A DNA stretch of 64,000 nucleotides, taken from assembly GCF_009914755.1 (NCBI RefSeq), contig NC_060927.1; one strand, 5' to 3'. Position 1 is the stretch's first letter; each line of letters begins with the position of its first letter. Origin of the DNA: the human T2T-CHM13v2.0 reference genome, Homo sapiens. This document shows positions 29,966 through 42,914 of this stretch, in pieces. The notes under the pieces were generated by a model. It did not search any database, was not told the DNA's origin, and saw only the letters and a program-made list of their open reading frames with translations. The position numbers and the translations under genes were made by a program.

Positions 29966-30312
29966 TATTCGCGACTCCATACCAATGTAAATAATTAAAA
30001 TAAATACATAAATTTTAGAGAAGAAACAGCTCTTCATTAGAGATGAATTCATTTTTTTTTAAATGTAGAAGAAATGAAAGAAATAGAAAATCACCTAGGG
30101 AAAACACTATATTAATAAATATAACAGGAAAAATATCCAACTGGTAGATATGACATCAAGGAGAAAAAGTTCAAGGAAGACGTGGATATTTGCATAATCT
30201 AAAAGTATTGTAAAGTATTTCTTCAAAGGATATTATCAATTACAAAGTGAAAAATAACTTTATCTGGAGAAACCCAGCAGACACTACATAATGAACATAT
30301 CAAAGCTAACAA

Positions 30313-32078
30313 CATGAGTGAACTTCCATTCACAATTGCTACAAAGAGAATAAAATACCTAGGAATACAACTTAAAGGGATGTGAAGCACCTCTTCAAGG
30401 AGAATTACAAACCACTGCTCAAGGAAATAAGAGAGGACACAAACAAATGGAAAAACATCCCATGCTCATGGATAGGAAGAATCAACATCATGAAAATGGC
30501 CACACTGCCCAAAGTAATTTATAGATTCAATGCTATCCCCATTAAGCTACCAATGACTTTCTTCACAGAATTAGAGAACACTAGTTTAAATTTCATATGG
30601 AACCAAAAGCAGTGCACGTAGTGAAGACAATCCTAAGCAAAAGAACAAAGCTGGAAGCATCATGCTACCTGACTTCAAACTATACTACAAGGCTACAGTA
30701 ACCAAAACAGCACGGTACTGGTACAAATATATAGACCAATGGAACAGAACAGAGGCCTCAGAAATAATGTCACACATCTACAACCATCTGATCTTTGACA
30801 AACCCGACAAAAACAAGCAATGGGGAAAGGTTTCCCTATTTAATAAATAGTGTTGGGAAAACTGGCTAGCCATATGCAGAAAACTAGACCCCTTCTTACA
30901 TCTTATACAAAAATTAACTCGAGATGGATTAAAGACTTAAATGTAAGACCTAAAACCATAAAAACCCTAGAAGAAAACCTAGGCAATACCATTCAGGACA
31001 TAGGCATGGGCAAAGAATTCATGACTAAAACACCAAAAACAATGGCAACAAAAGCCAAAATTGACAAATGGGATCTAATTAAATGAAAGTGCTTCTGCAC
31101 AGCAAAAGAAATTATCATCAGAGTAAACAGGCAACCTATAGAATGGGAGAAAATTTTTGCAATCTATCCATCTGACAAAGGGCTAGTATCCAGAGTCTAC
31201 AAGTAACATAAACAAATTTACAAGAAAAAACCAACAACCCCATCAAATGTGGACAAAGAATATGAACACACACTTCTCAGAAGAAGACATTTATGCAGCC
31301 AACAAACATATGAAAAAAACTCATGATCAGTGGTCATTAGATAAATGCAAATCAAAACCAGAATGACATACCATCTCATGCCAGTTAGAATGGCGATCAT
31401 TAAAAAGTCAGGAAATAACAGATGCTGTAGAGAATGTAGAGAAATAGAAACACTTTTACACTGTTGGTGGGAGTGTAAATTAGTTCACCCACTGTGGAAG
31501 ACAGTGTGGGGATTCCTCAAGGATCTAGAACCAGAAATACCATTTGATCCAGCAATCCCATTACTTGGCATATACCCAAAGGATTATAAATCATTCTACT
31601 ATAAAGACACATGCACACATGTTTATTGCAGCACTATTCACAATAGCAAAGACTTGGAACCAACCCAAATGCCCATCAGTGATAGACTGGATAAAGAAGA
31701 TGTGGTACATATACACCATGGAATACCATGCAGCCATAAAAAAACGGATGAGTTCATGTCCTTTGCAGGGACATGGATGAACCTGGAAACCATCATTCTC
31801 AGCAAACTAACACAGGAACAGAAAACCAAACATTACATGTTCTCACTCATAATTGGGAGTTGAACAACGAGAATACGTGGACACAGGGAGGGGAACATCA
31901 CACGCAAAGGCCTGTAGGGGGGTGGGGGACTAGGGGAGGGATAGCATTAGGAGAAATACTTTATGTAGATCACGGGTTGATGGGTGCAGCAAACCACCAT
32001 GACACGTGTATACCTATGTAACGAGCCTGCACGTTCTGCACATGTATCCCAGAACTTAAAGTATAATAAAAAAAAAAA
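30313..32078 (+). mobile_element. 5'-truncated L1PA7-like element (about 1.8 kb)
   Basis: Frameshifted ORF2 C-terminal ORFs at 30382-31863; 3' UTR 'gggttgatgggtgcagcaaaccaccatg...tatcccagaacttaaagtataat' plus poly(A). Confidence 0.93.
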
Positions 32079-32099
32079 TTAAACAATGAGGGTTGTCCA

Positions 32100-32665
32100 A
32101 GGAGATGTGTATATTAATATTAATGTTCATAACAGTTACAGCAAACTGAAAACAGCCCCAATATCCATTATGAATGATAACTGGACATTGGACATTGAAT
32201 AAACTAATTTGTTATAATCATATAATGAAATACCACTCAGTGATTAAAAAAAAGAGTGACCCACTGATATATCTGAATGAACCTTATAACATCACACTGA
32301 GCAAAAGAAGCCTGACACAATATTCATACCATATAAACCCAATTATATGCAATTCAGAAAAAGGAAAAATATACATACCATATATACATGCCATATAATT
32401 CCATATATACATGCCATATAATTCCAATTATATGCAATTCAGAAAAAGGAAAAATACATGAATAGATACAGAAATCAGAACAGGAAGCTTGAACAGAAGC
32501 AGAAAAGGAGATTGACAGAAAGTAAGTATGAAAAAACATTCTAGAATCATAGAAATGTTTTGTTTTGGATAGGAACATTGATTAAATGGACATATACATT
32601 TGTTCAAACTCAAAACTGCACATCTGAAATCAGCACATTTATTTTATGTATTTATACAATAAAGT
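32100..32665 (+). mobile_element. Ancient L1ME/MD 3' fragment containing nested duplications
   Basis: 'aatgaaataccactcag...ctgagcaaaagaagcc.gacacaa...atacatttg.tcaaactca'. Confidence 0.65.
32325..32456. repeat. Nested tandem duplications (33-bp and 23-bp perfect units)
   Basis: ccaattatatgcaattcagaaaaaggaaaaata at 32339-32371 and 32424-32456; ccatatatacatgccatataatt at 32378-32400 and 32401-32423. Confidence 0.95.
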
Positions 32666-34549
32666 GAGAGCAAGGACTTAACTGAGAAGTGGATAGAAGA
32701 GAAAGAGAACCCACCACCCCAATTCCATTGCAAAATAAATTTCAGGCTTGTGCCTCTGTGGAAATTCCCCATACTCCAGACCCTGGAGTATGCTCGCTGG
32801 CATATGATCAAAAACAAGGTCACTCCAATAATCACAAATACATCTGAATTTCTGTCTTACTCAACATTACACTGTTTTGCTTTCTTTAAAAATTACCATA
32901 TCCCCAAAACATTCAAGAAAATATGTTCTATTGTTTTTACTGCTGGCAGTTTATGATACTACTGGCTAGCCACTACATACCTAGAGCTTATACGATCTGT
33001 TTGCAATCATTTTGGCAAAAACGATGACCTTGCTGCCCCATAATACTCTGGTAAATTATGGTTGTCTTATTTCATCCCTCTCCTCATCTTTCCAAACGAA
33101 TTTACATAAAAATCCTATAGATTTCCAGTTCATAAAATTATGCTTTCAATACTCTGTACACCCATGTATACTTCCACCCCTTCCAGGTCATCTTAGTCCA
33201 ATGACCCAGAATATGTTTTTTATTTTCTTTCATTTATTTTCATCATACGATTTTCAATTTGAATTTAACATGTTGTCAAGTGACCTTTATTTTTTGTCCC
33301 CTGGCACTAGTTAAATCAGATTCCTTTGTGTGTACAGTTACCATTTTTCTTGGTTGGTCTTCCTGAAATTATTATTTTATTTCTATTGAACAAATCAAGG
33401 CCTAGATTATTTCTCTTTTTTTAAGAAAAAAAAGTGATAAAAAGACTAGAGCTATACTGTTTTGTAAAGAAAAGAGTTAAGTTTACCTGTAACAAAAATA
33501 ATAAGAAATGTAAATTATACTGAATTTTAAAGAAACCATATAATTTGAATAAGATTCAAAAATATGTTAGACAACATAATTCGAGAAACCAAAAGAGAAT
33601 AAAAATTATTCCTTAAATGTAGGGGGAAAAGGATTATTGAAAGTGAATAGCTGACAAAATTTGGATTGAATTCCCTACAATAAATGCTTTATGGAGGATC
33701 TGGAGGCCTAACTCCCCAATAATTGTAGCAACATGAAATCTGTGTGAGTTCTGAATTATATACCGAGGAGAATCTATAGGGATTTAAGTTGGGTTAGTAA
33801 GTGTCAACTTCCTGGGACTCTGAAATAAGCTGGAAATAATTTGCTAAGAATTTTCCTGAATATGAAGTGCCTTTAATAAGATAGTTTGATGAATAAATGA
33901 ATCAGAAAATTGAGGACTAAATTTTCCCTACATTTTATACATTTTTGCAATGATAGCAAGGTCAAAACATTTGGATTACAATTTAAGAACCATCAACTCT
34001 TTAGGTAAAGACTAGTAAAACCAAGTCATTGTCAGGCACTAAAACAAAATCATGAATCATAGTAATACAAATGCAGTTCATGGTCTTAGATCTCACATTT
34101 GCGAAGAAAAAACTGGGCTGCACTGTTGTGCATATTATGAAAATATGAAGATCGGCAGCAACATTCTGACATTAATTGTGAGGTGTGCAGAAAATCACAT
34201 GTACTAATAATCAAATATGCAAATTATTTTAAAAATAATATCAGGTGAATTAAAGGTTTTTTATTAAACATTATATACTTCCTTTGATTGAATACAATAG
34301 AGTTACAGGGACCATTACGCATTTACACATGTTGGAAGCCTCTATTTTTTGTGCCAAAATCCTGTGTGGTTAATGTTTGCTATGATTACAACTTATTGTT
34401 ATGTTTTACTTTCTTAAACATATTTTGATTAGCAATATAAGCAAATATCCAGAGCAAGGTATTGTCTTTATGAATGCCATCAATAAAGGTGTTACAGCTG
34501 AAAAGGACTTCAGATCATCATATATAACACTTTTTCAAATATTAATATT

Positions 34550-34660
34550 TACTCACATATTCTACATACGGAGTACTTACAACGTTCCATACATTGTTCT
34601 AGGTACTGAGCACACAAAGCAAACATGAGAGACAAGGCAATGGCCTTGACTTTTCCACTG
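34550..34660 (-). mobile_element. L2 3'-end fragment
   Basis: 'gagtacttac...cattgttctaggtactgag.acaca...gagacaag'. Confidence 0.55.
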
Positions 34661-35949
34661 GAAACATCTCTGCTCTCTTCTCAATAGACAAAATCTATGA
34701 AGTCATGTTTTTCATGAGGATGTTGAAAACATGCACAAACAAATCTTTTTTTCTATTTATCAATGTATTTATTTATATCTGATAATGTTATGGTGACTTA
34801 GCCCATAACCAGACTAAACATTTCTGAATCATCTCTGGTTGTTCACTGTACTGCAATACAGAAAGATTTTGTTTGCCCTGTGAAATTATTTATTATTATC
34901 TTCCATTTTCCTTCTGGATTACCCTGTGAGTGTGTAAAACCAGTATCTTCATCATTTATGCCCTCTTCATGTTCTAGAAAAGAATGAAACTTAGAGGTTA
35001 CTCTACTAAAATCCAAGTTTATCAGCAGGTAATCTTAGCAAGTGCCTGATATCTAAATATAATTCTTATGCTAATATATAGCTCTGCCTTTCCTCTGGCC
35101 CACTTGCCTTCATTCCTGATGCAAATTTCTGCTGGAGGAGCATCAGGGTGGAACCAAAGGTTATAAAAAGTGAAGTAAATGCCCTAACATTTAATTTTAC
35201 ATAGTTGAAGGTTTTATTTGGCTCTCTGCATGTTTTATCTGCTGCATAAAAACAATTAATCTCTTTCAGACTAAGGCATCTTGCAATTTTGAATTTTATT
35301 TTGCAAAACAGAAAACAGTCTTTACTCTGTTGTTCTTTATTGGTGATTCATCAAGTTGATCTCCTCACCAGAATCTTTTATTTTAATATTTTATTGTAAA
35401 AATTAACAATAAGGGATATTGAAAACTCTGAGAAATTTTTAATCACCGATTATCATAACTAATTAACATACAAACATGGCCTCTTAAACCTTTAGATCAC
35501 ATAAATCGAAGTGCAGCAACCAGTTAGTTGCACATACATTAAAATAAAATTTTCTACCAAATTAATTGACTATTGAAAAATACACTAGTATATTTCATAG
35601 TATTAGAGAATTTCAATTTATCAAGAGTCAATATTATATTAAAGTTTCATTAAGGGCCGAAGAGAGTTGTCTTTCAAGTCTGCTCACATAAACATTTAGG
35701 TTATGTTTTATTTTCAAACCATAGCGTTTAATTGGAGGAAAGGGAGAGGAGAAGGAGGTGTCAGTAGGTTTGCAAAGAAGTATTAACTATTAAATCAAAA
35801 ACAAGTATGTTTGGAAAGAAAACTTTTTCCTTTGCACTAAAAATAATAATGCACCCCAGAAAGTATATATCTACATAGCAGTAAATAAAGGCTTCCAGGT
35901 GGAAATGCTGTAAGGATTATCAGAATTTTTTTGTTTAAATTTTAACTGC

Positions 35950-36460
35950 CATGTCGGTGGGGAGGCTTTTTATAACAAACAGAATCTCCAGCGCAAAATG
36001 TATTAAAAATCATTAGCTTCCTTAACAGGAAGTCAAGAAGAAGACAGATGTCATGGATTGTGGATTCACTAGCTTAATGATGTTATCAGGGACTTCAGTT
36101 CTCTCCATCCCTTGGCTCTGCTATTCACATTGTTGGCTTCATTTTAAGGCTAGTTACCCTTGGGATCATATAAAGGATCTCAGCAGCAACCAAGAATATG
36201 CTTTCTTAGTAACATCCAGTAGAAAGGAATCTCTTCCTTCCTCAGAGAATGTGGCCCTTGCCATAGGTTGAATAGCCAGAATTTTAATAATCTGGAAAAT
36301 GGCATATGCTTGTTGATTAAAGCAAATCAGGAACCACCCAGCTTCTCCAAAATAAAATGGGCTGATTAGTTTGTCACCAACATCTTAACAAATCGAGGTT
36401 CTATTAGGAAGGAGAAAGTGGGGAACAGATTCAGGATATGCAAATAGCTATGCTTTCTAC
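35950..36460 (-). mobile_element. Old MaLR LTR (MLT1K-like)
   Basis: 'gatgttatcagggac...tgttggcttcattt...aacaaatcgaggttctattaggaaggaga'. Confidence 0.6.
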
Positions 36461-37339
36461 AACTGTGGTTCTGTCCCCTCCATGTGATTCTAAGTACACT
36501 CCTGATATCCCTTCATCACGAGACTAGCACCATAGTTCACGTATGGTTGGTGCTCAACAGATGCTTTGTTGTCCTGCCTGATGGGGAATTTAAAGAAGCA
36601 TTTTCATTATAGATAAGAAATGAGAAAGAAGTGAGTAGTGAAGAGTAAATATTAAAATGCTGAAAAACCTGACTTGCCATCTTGGATTTAGTAATGGCCA
36701 TGCTGGGCATAATCAAAATGTGTATGAAAAGGTTTAGCAAAAAATGATGTGGTTCTGTCTCATAGAGGCACTGTGGACCATAAAACATAATCCATGCAAT
36801 CAAAAATAATTTCAACATAAATCAAATCCCTTACTTACATTTGTCAAATACCATGAAGGAATCATAATCCCTAAAAATTCTTTATGTTCCCCTTGTTTTT
36901 CTCAGCCAGCCTCAGCCTTTATGTACTTTTCCATTCCTTTGTCTCTCGCATCAGACAAACTGAGCACTCTTTCGCTTCCTTCAGTTTGTGGCACTTTAAT
37001 TCCTTTTCTTCCTATCCAGACTTTCACACATAAAATTTTAGGGTCACTGCTTAGGAGGTGGAAAGGGCTGTTTATACTTGCACATTAATATTTTTGTCCT
37101 TATGACAAAAGAAAATTCAAAGGAGAATTGAATCATGGGAATGTGAGTAACCAAAAAAAACTCCCTGTTCACCAAAATTATTTATCCCCAAATAATAAGA
37201 ACTGATGAAATATTTGAACCAAACTAAGTGCTATTAGATAAATTAGGCAGAATGAGCACGATGTCAAACTTGTGGAAATTATAAAGTTAGCATACACATA
37301 TACATATTCTTATAACCACAGCTTTTTTTTTTCTTTTCC

Positions 37340-39120
37340 TTTTTAGTAACACTCAATTCTGGTGACGATACAGAAACAGCAAGCAGTGGGACAGGAATTC
37401 TCATACCCCAGCTGCTTACAAGGTATGAGACTATTTCTAGACTAGAGCCTTAAATTGTCAATGTCTTTTGATTCTGCACTTTCACTTCTTTGAGTCTAAC
37501 TTAAAGAAAAAGAACCACAATGTAAAGAAGACAAGTCCAAATTTATTTTTCTTAATGTCATTGATAAGTACAAATAATTAGAAATAATCTAAATATAGAA
37601 TACAAAAGTAATGGTTAAATAATTCTAGGTCATTCATGGAATAGAACAGCATTTGGCTATTAACAATGGTATTTACAACGTTGAGCAGGGCACAAGAGAT
37701 GAAAATGAACTGAGTTCTTAACAATGTTGTTTAGCACTTAACTCACCTAATTTTTAGCAGGTCCTACTTGGACTTCTTGTTTTGTTTGAATCAATTTGTG
37801 GCTACTTTCAGCCTAAAGTATTTTAACTAATTCACAAGCCAAATCTAAAAATATATTAGAAAAATTGCACATTATATCCAATAGATTTACGTAGAAATTT
37901 GAGTCTTTAAAAATATGTGTTTTAAAATATATACATTTACATATACATTTAAATACACATTTCTCTAGACTTCATAAATAAATATTTATGAATATGCATG
38001 TAAGGGAGAAATAATCTCCCTTGTATTTCCAACATGTTCATTTTACGTATTCAATGCCTATTACTGAATAAAAAGTTAACTTAGTAATCTACAAATAGAA
38101 AAAGTTTTCCTGAATATGATAAATATACCTATAAAAGTATTAGATATTTCTTAATATTTTAAATATTTTCTAACATTCCCTAATTTATAATATTTAAAAG
38201 CTTAGAATAAAACAAGGATGTCTGCTATTACTTCTACTTTTCAACATTGTTTTTTCAACATCACCACTTATATCAATAACTAAAAATAGTCCTGAAACTC
38301 GTAAGGATTGAGATAAAACTATGTCTTTTATGTAATGTGATTTCCAACTCAATCAACTAAAAAAAACCAAGACAAATTAGGAAGTAGACATAGGTATCTA
38401 GATAAAAATACTAATATGTTTTGGCTTTGTGTCCCCACTCAAATCTCATCTAGAACTGTGGTCCCCATGTGTCTAGGGAGGGAGGTGATTGGATCATGGC
38501 GGTGGTTTCCCCTCATGCTGTTCTCATGATAGTGAGTTCTCATGAAATCTGATGGTTTTATAAGGTAGTTTTCCCTGCTCTCTTGCTTTTCTTCTCTCTC
38601 CTGCCACCATATAAAGAATGTCCTTGCTTCTCCTCCATTTTCTACCATGATCATAAGTTTCCTGAGGCCTCCTCAGCCATGTGGAACTGTGAGTCATGTC
38701 ATCTCTTTCCTTTAAGAATTGCCCAGTCTTGGATATGTCTTTATAGCAATGTGAAAACAAACTAATACAAATAGTATAATAACAACACATCCAACAACAA
38801 AAAAAATCAATGAATCCACCTAGGAGATGTGTGTGGGCTGTGGAAATTAGGTAGTAAACTTCTAATATCAGTAAAGTAGAATACAATTTTAATCTACAAA
38901 AAGGCATGTTTTACTATATAAAAATTGTTATTCTTAATATATGGGTCTATAAAAAGGATCTGAAAAAAGTGGAAAGATACAACCTGTTCTAGAAAGGGAA
39001 GAATCAACAGTGTAAGGATATAATTTCTCCTCAAATTAACTTTTAAATTAAATGTCTTCCCAATCAAAATCCCAGTGGGAAATTAAAACACTGGTTCAAA
39101 AGTTCATCTACTGAGAAAGT
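37340..39120 (+). mobile_element. Scattered ancient L1M fragments
   Basis: 'aggaattctcatac', 'aacaaggatgtctgcta', 'gtggaaagatac...gaagaatcaaca', 'cccaatcaaaatccca'. Confidence 0.55.
38412..38769 (+). mobile_element. THE1D/MSTA-like solo LTR
   Basis: 'taatatgttttggctttgtgtcccc...aactaataca'; near-TSD aatac/aatag. Confidence 0.9.
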
Positions 39121-40508
39121 GTAAAAATGTAATTTTTTTAAAAAGTAAAATATTAATTGTTAAATATTAAAAATAGATGAAAAATATGCTCCTATGTTAA
39201 AAGTTATAATCAATGAGTAGTAGGAGAATAAATGAATCTCATTTATTTCTTAAATAAATTCAGATTTTCTATAGTAGACACTTTTGAATTTTACTTGAAA
39301 TATTAACAGAAATCTAAAGCAATAAAATATCTTTATTTCATGAGATAAAAAGATACAGATTCAGCAATTAACAAAAAGCATTTAATTTAATTATAAGACA
39401 CAATTCATAATGAATGGTTAATGTAAAAGATTGTGAAGCATTCAAATTTGCTGAAATATTCTAGAGAACCTTCTCTGTATAAGACATCTTTATACTGATA
39501 TGATACTTCTAATAACATTAAAATATTGACAATCTTTTATATGGATGAAAACTACAGATTTTCCTATTAAGAATAATTTCAAGTTCATAAGAAGTTATAT
39601 CAGAACACATCTACATTAGTGAATAATTATTATTCTCTCTGAAGGTGTAGCTTTAAGTAAAAAACTACTCAAAATTTATTCCCATGTTTCTTGATCTCTC
39701 AAATATTTCATGTTTGGACAATTTGTATAAATCTAAATAAATCAAGAAATTAATTCAGAATAACATCATATATAACAAGACCACTTATTATATCATTTGA
39801 ATCCTCTCAAATCCTCTCTCTGCTTTCTATTATAATTAAATCTTCCACTATTTAGTTATACTATACATTTTTGGTATCACATTTTGTGACTAAAGATTTT
39901 TAAATTTTAGTATTACGTAAATATAACTAAAATGAGACACTCTTTTTAGTTATCTTTAGTATAAAATTAATATTCTTAGAGAAATGAGCAAAGAAAGAAA
40001 AATTGTATTATATGTAAATAGGAAATAAGATATATTTTTAATGAGGCAAAGCTAGAAAGCACAAACAGTGGTATATAACTCTGCAGTTTTTAAACATGTA
40101 GTAGGTTAATAGAATAAACATGACTCTAAAACTGAAACAAGCAGAGACAACAGGATATACATAACAGGCAAGGAACACTGAACTCCTCAGATAATTAAGA
40201 CAAAACTATTTATTCTGTTCTAATTATATCTCTGTCTGACCTTGGGGTCTGGTCATGTTCCCTTGACAAGCTATTAGATTCCTTTTCAGATATTCCAAAG
40301 GGCATCCAGGTTTCCAAAGCTGACAGAGAAGAATATCAATATCAAGAACCAATAGAATATATCATAGCTGAATCATGTCACAAGATTTAGGAAACAAGAT
40401 GCTGACAAGGGTGTTGTATTAGGCAGCAAACTGGATCAGATGCTTGAACTGAATATAAACCTTAGATTTTATTCAAATATCTTAGGAGACGATAAGTGTA
40501 TCCTGGGC

Positions 40509-42914
40509 TGTATTAGTTCATTCTCAGGCTGCTAATAAAAACATACCTGAGACTGGGTAATTTATAAAGGAAAAAGGTTTAATTGCCTCACAATTCAACA
40601 TGGTTAGGGAGACCTCACAATCATGGTGGTAGATGAAGGAAGAGCAAAGGCACATTTTACATGGTGGCAGAATGAGAAGTGAGAGCCAATCAAAGGGCGA
40701 AGCCCCTTATAAAAACCATCAGATCTTGTGAGAACTCACTCACTATCACAAGAACAGTATGGGGGAAACTGTCCCCATGATTCAATTATCTCCACCTGGT
40801 CCTGCCCTTGACACATAGGAAATATTACTATTCAAGGTGAAATTAGGGTGTGGACACACAGCCAAACCATATTATTCTGCACCTGACCCCTCCCAAATTT
40901 CATGTTTTCACATTTCAAAACCAATCATGCCTTCCCAACAGTCCCCCAAAGTCTTAATGCATTTCAACATTAACTGAAAAGTCCACAGTCCCAAGTCTTC
41001 TGTGAGACAAGTTTTCAAAACTAATTATGCCTTCCTCGAAATACCCCAAAGTTTTAGCTCATTTCAGCATTAACTCAACAGTTCACAATCCAAAGTCTCA
41101 TCTGAGACAAGGCAAATCCCTTTCCCCTATAAGCCTGTAAAATCAAAAGCAAGTTTGTTACTTCCTAGATACAATGGGGGTACAGGCATTGGGTAAATAC
41201 AGCTGTTCCAAATGGGAGAAATTAGCCAAAACAAAGGGACTACAGTCCCGATGCAAGTCAGAAATCCAGCAGAGCAGTCAAATCTTAAAGCTCCAAAATT
41301 ATCTCCTTTGACTCCATGCCTTACTTATATCCATGTCATGCTAATGCAAGAGGTGGGTTCCCATGATCTTGGGCAGCTCCACCTCTGTGACTTTGCAGGG
41401 TATGGCCCCTCCCCCGGCTCCTTTCACAGGCTGGCATTGTCTGTGGCTTTTCCAGGTGCAAGCTGTTGGTGGACCTAACATTCTGGGGTCTAGAGGATGG
41501 TGGTCCTCTTCTCACAGCTCCACTAGGCTGTGCCTCAGTGGGGACTCTGTGTGGGGGCTCCCACCCTGCATTTTCCTTCTGCATGAGGTTATCCATGAGG
41601 GCTCTGCCCCTGCAGCATGCCTCTGCCTGAACTCCAGGCATTTTCATACATCCTCTGAAATCTAGGCGGAGGTTCCCAAACCTCAATACTTGACTTCTGT
41701 AAACTGCAGGCTCAACATCATGTGGAAGCCACCAAGTCTTGGGGCTTGCACCCTCTGAAGCAATGGCCTGAGCTCTACGTTGGCCCCTTTTAGCCATGGC
41801 TAAGATGCAGGGCACCAAGTCAAGAGACTGCACAAAGCAACAAGACCCTGGGCCCAGCCCAGGAAACTATTTTTTTCCTCCTAGGCCTACAAGCTTGTGA
41901 TGGGAGAGGCTGCCATGAAGACCTTTGATATCTCCTAGAGACATTTCCCCCACTGTCTTCACAATTAATGTTTGGCTCCCTGTTACTTATGCAAATTTCT
42001 GCATCTGACTTGAATTTCACCTCAGAAAATGGGTTTTTCTTTTCTATTGCATTGTCAGGCTGCAAATTCTCTGAACTTTTATGCTCCTCTTGCCTTTTAA
42101 ACATAAGTTTCAATTCCAAACCATATCTTTGTGAATACTTACAACTGAATGCTTTTAACAGCACCCAACTCATATCTTGAATGCTTTGCTGCTTGGAAAT
42201 TTCTTCTGCTAGATACCCTATATCATCTCTGTCAAGTTCAAAGTTCCACAGAGACTGGCAGGGGCAAACTACTGCCAGTCTCTTTGCTAAAGCATAACAA
42301 GAGTCACCTTTGCTCCAGTTCCAAACAAGTTTCTAACCTCAGCCTGGACTTTATTGTCCATATTATTATCAGCTTTCTGGTCAAAGCTATTAAACAAGTC
42401 TCTAGGAAGTTTCAAACTTTCCCACAACTTCCTTTCTTCTGAGCCCTCCAAACTGTTCAAAACTCTGCCTGTTACGCAGTTCCAAATTCAGTTCCACATT
42501 TTCAGCTATCTTTTCAACAATGCCCCCCACTCTACCAGTGCCAATTTACTATACTGGTCCATTCTCATGCTGCTAATAAAGACATACTTGAGATTGGTTA
42601 ATTTAAAAGGAAAAAGGTTTAATTGACTCATAGTTCAACATGGCTGTGGAGACCTCACAATTATGGTAGTAAGTGAAGGAAGAGCAAAGGCACGTCTTAC
42701 ATGGTGGCAGGCAAGAGAAGTGAGAGCCAAGTGAAGGGTGAAGCCCCTTATAAAACCATCAGATCTTGTGAGAACTCACTCACTATCACAATAACAGTAT
42801 GGGGGAAACCACCCCCATGATTCAATTATCTCCACCTGGTCCCACACTTGATACATAGGGATTATTACAATTGAAGGTGAAATTTGGGTGGGGACGCAGG
42901 GCCAAAACATATCA
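40509..42914 (-). mobile_element. Complete THE1 element (LTR 42550-42914, internal 40875-42549, LTR 40509-40874)
   Basis: Two homologous LTRs flank THE1-int; purine-rich PPT next to the 3' LTR; near-TSD tgggc/tgtgc; ORFs 41336-41833 and 41820-42173 are remnants of the MaLR internal ORF. Confidence 0.95.

Larger units (their letters stand above)
27450..30310 (+). mobile_element. Old L1MC-like 3' region broken up by THE1, AluJ, MLT1B and MLT2 insertions
   Basis: 'ccagcaattccactt...tggaaacaatctaaat', 'tatgaattcttggttt', 'aactttatctggagaaacc.agcagacac'. Confidence 0.6.

Noticed and set aside
32325-32456. Spaced direct repeats as a CRISPR-like array
   Set aside because: Only two copies, no unique spacers, primate DNA; explained by local duplication
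33480-33512. Minus-strand strong acceptor followed at once by GT (ttttgttacAG|GTAAAC), resembling a recursive splice site
   Set aside because: The donor lacks the GTRAG consensus and no host transcript is known
41212-42626. Cluster of 70-165 aa ORFs as a novel gene
   Set aside because: All lie within the THE1 element; they are broken MaLR ORF remnants or antisense frames
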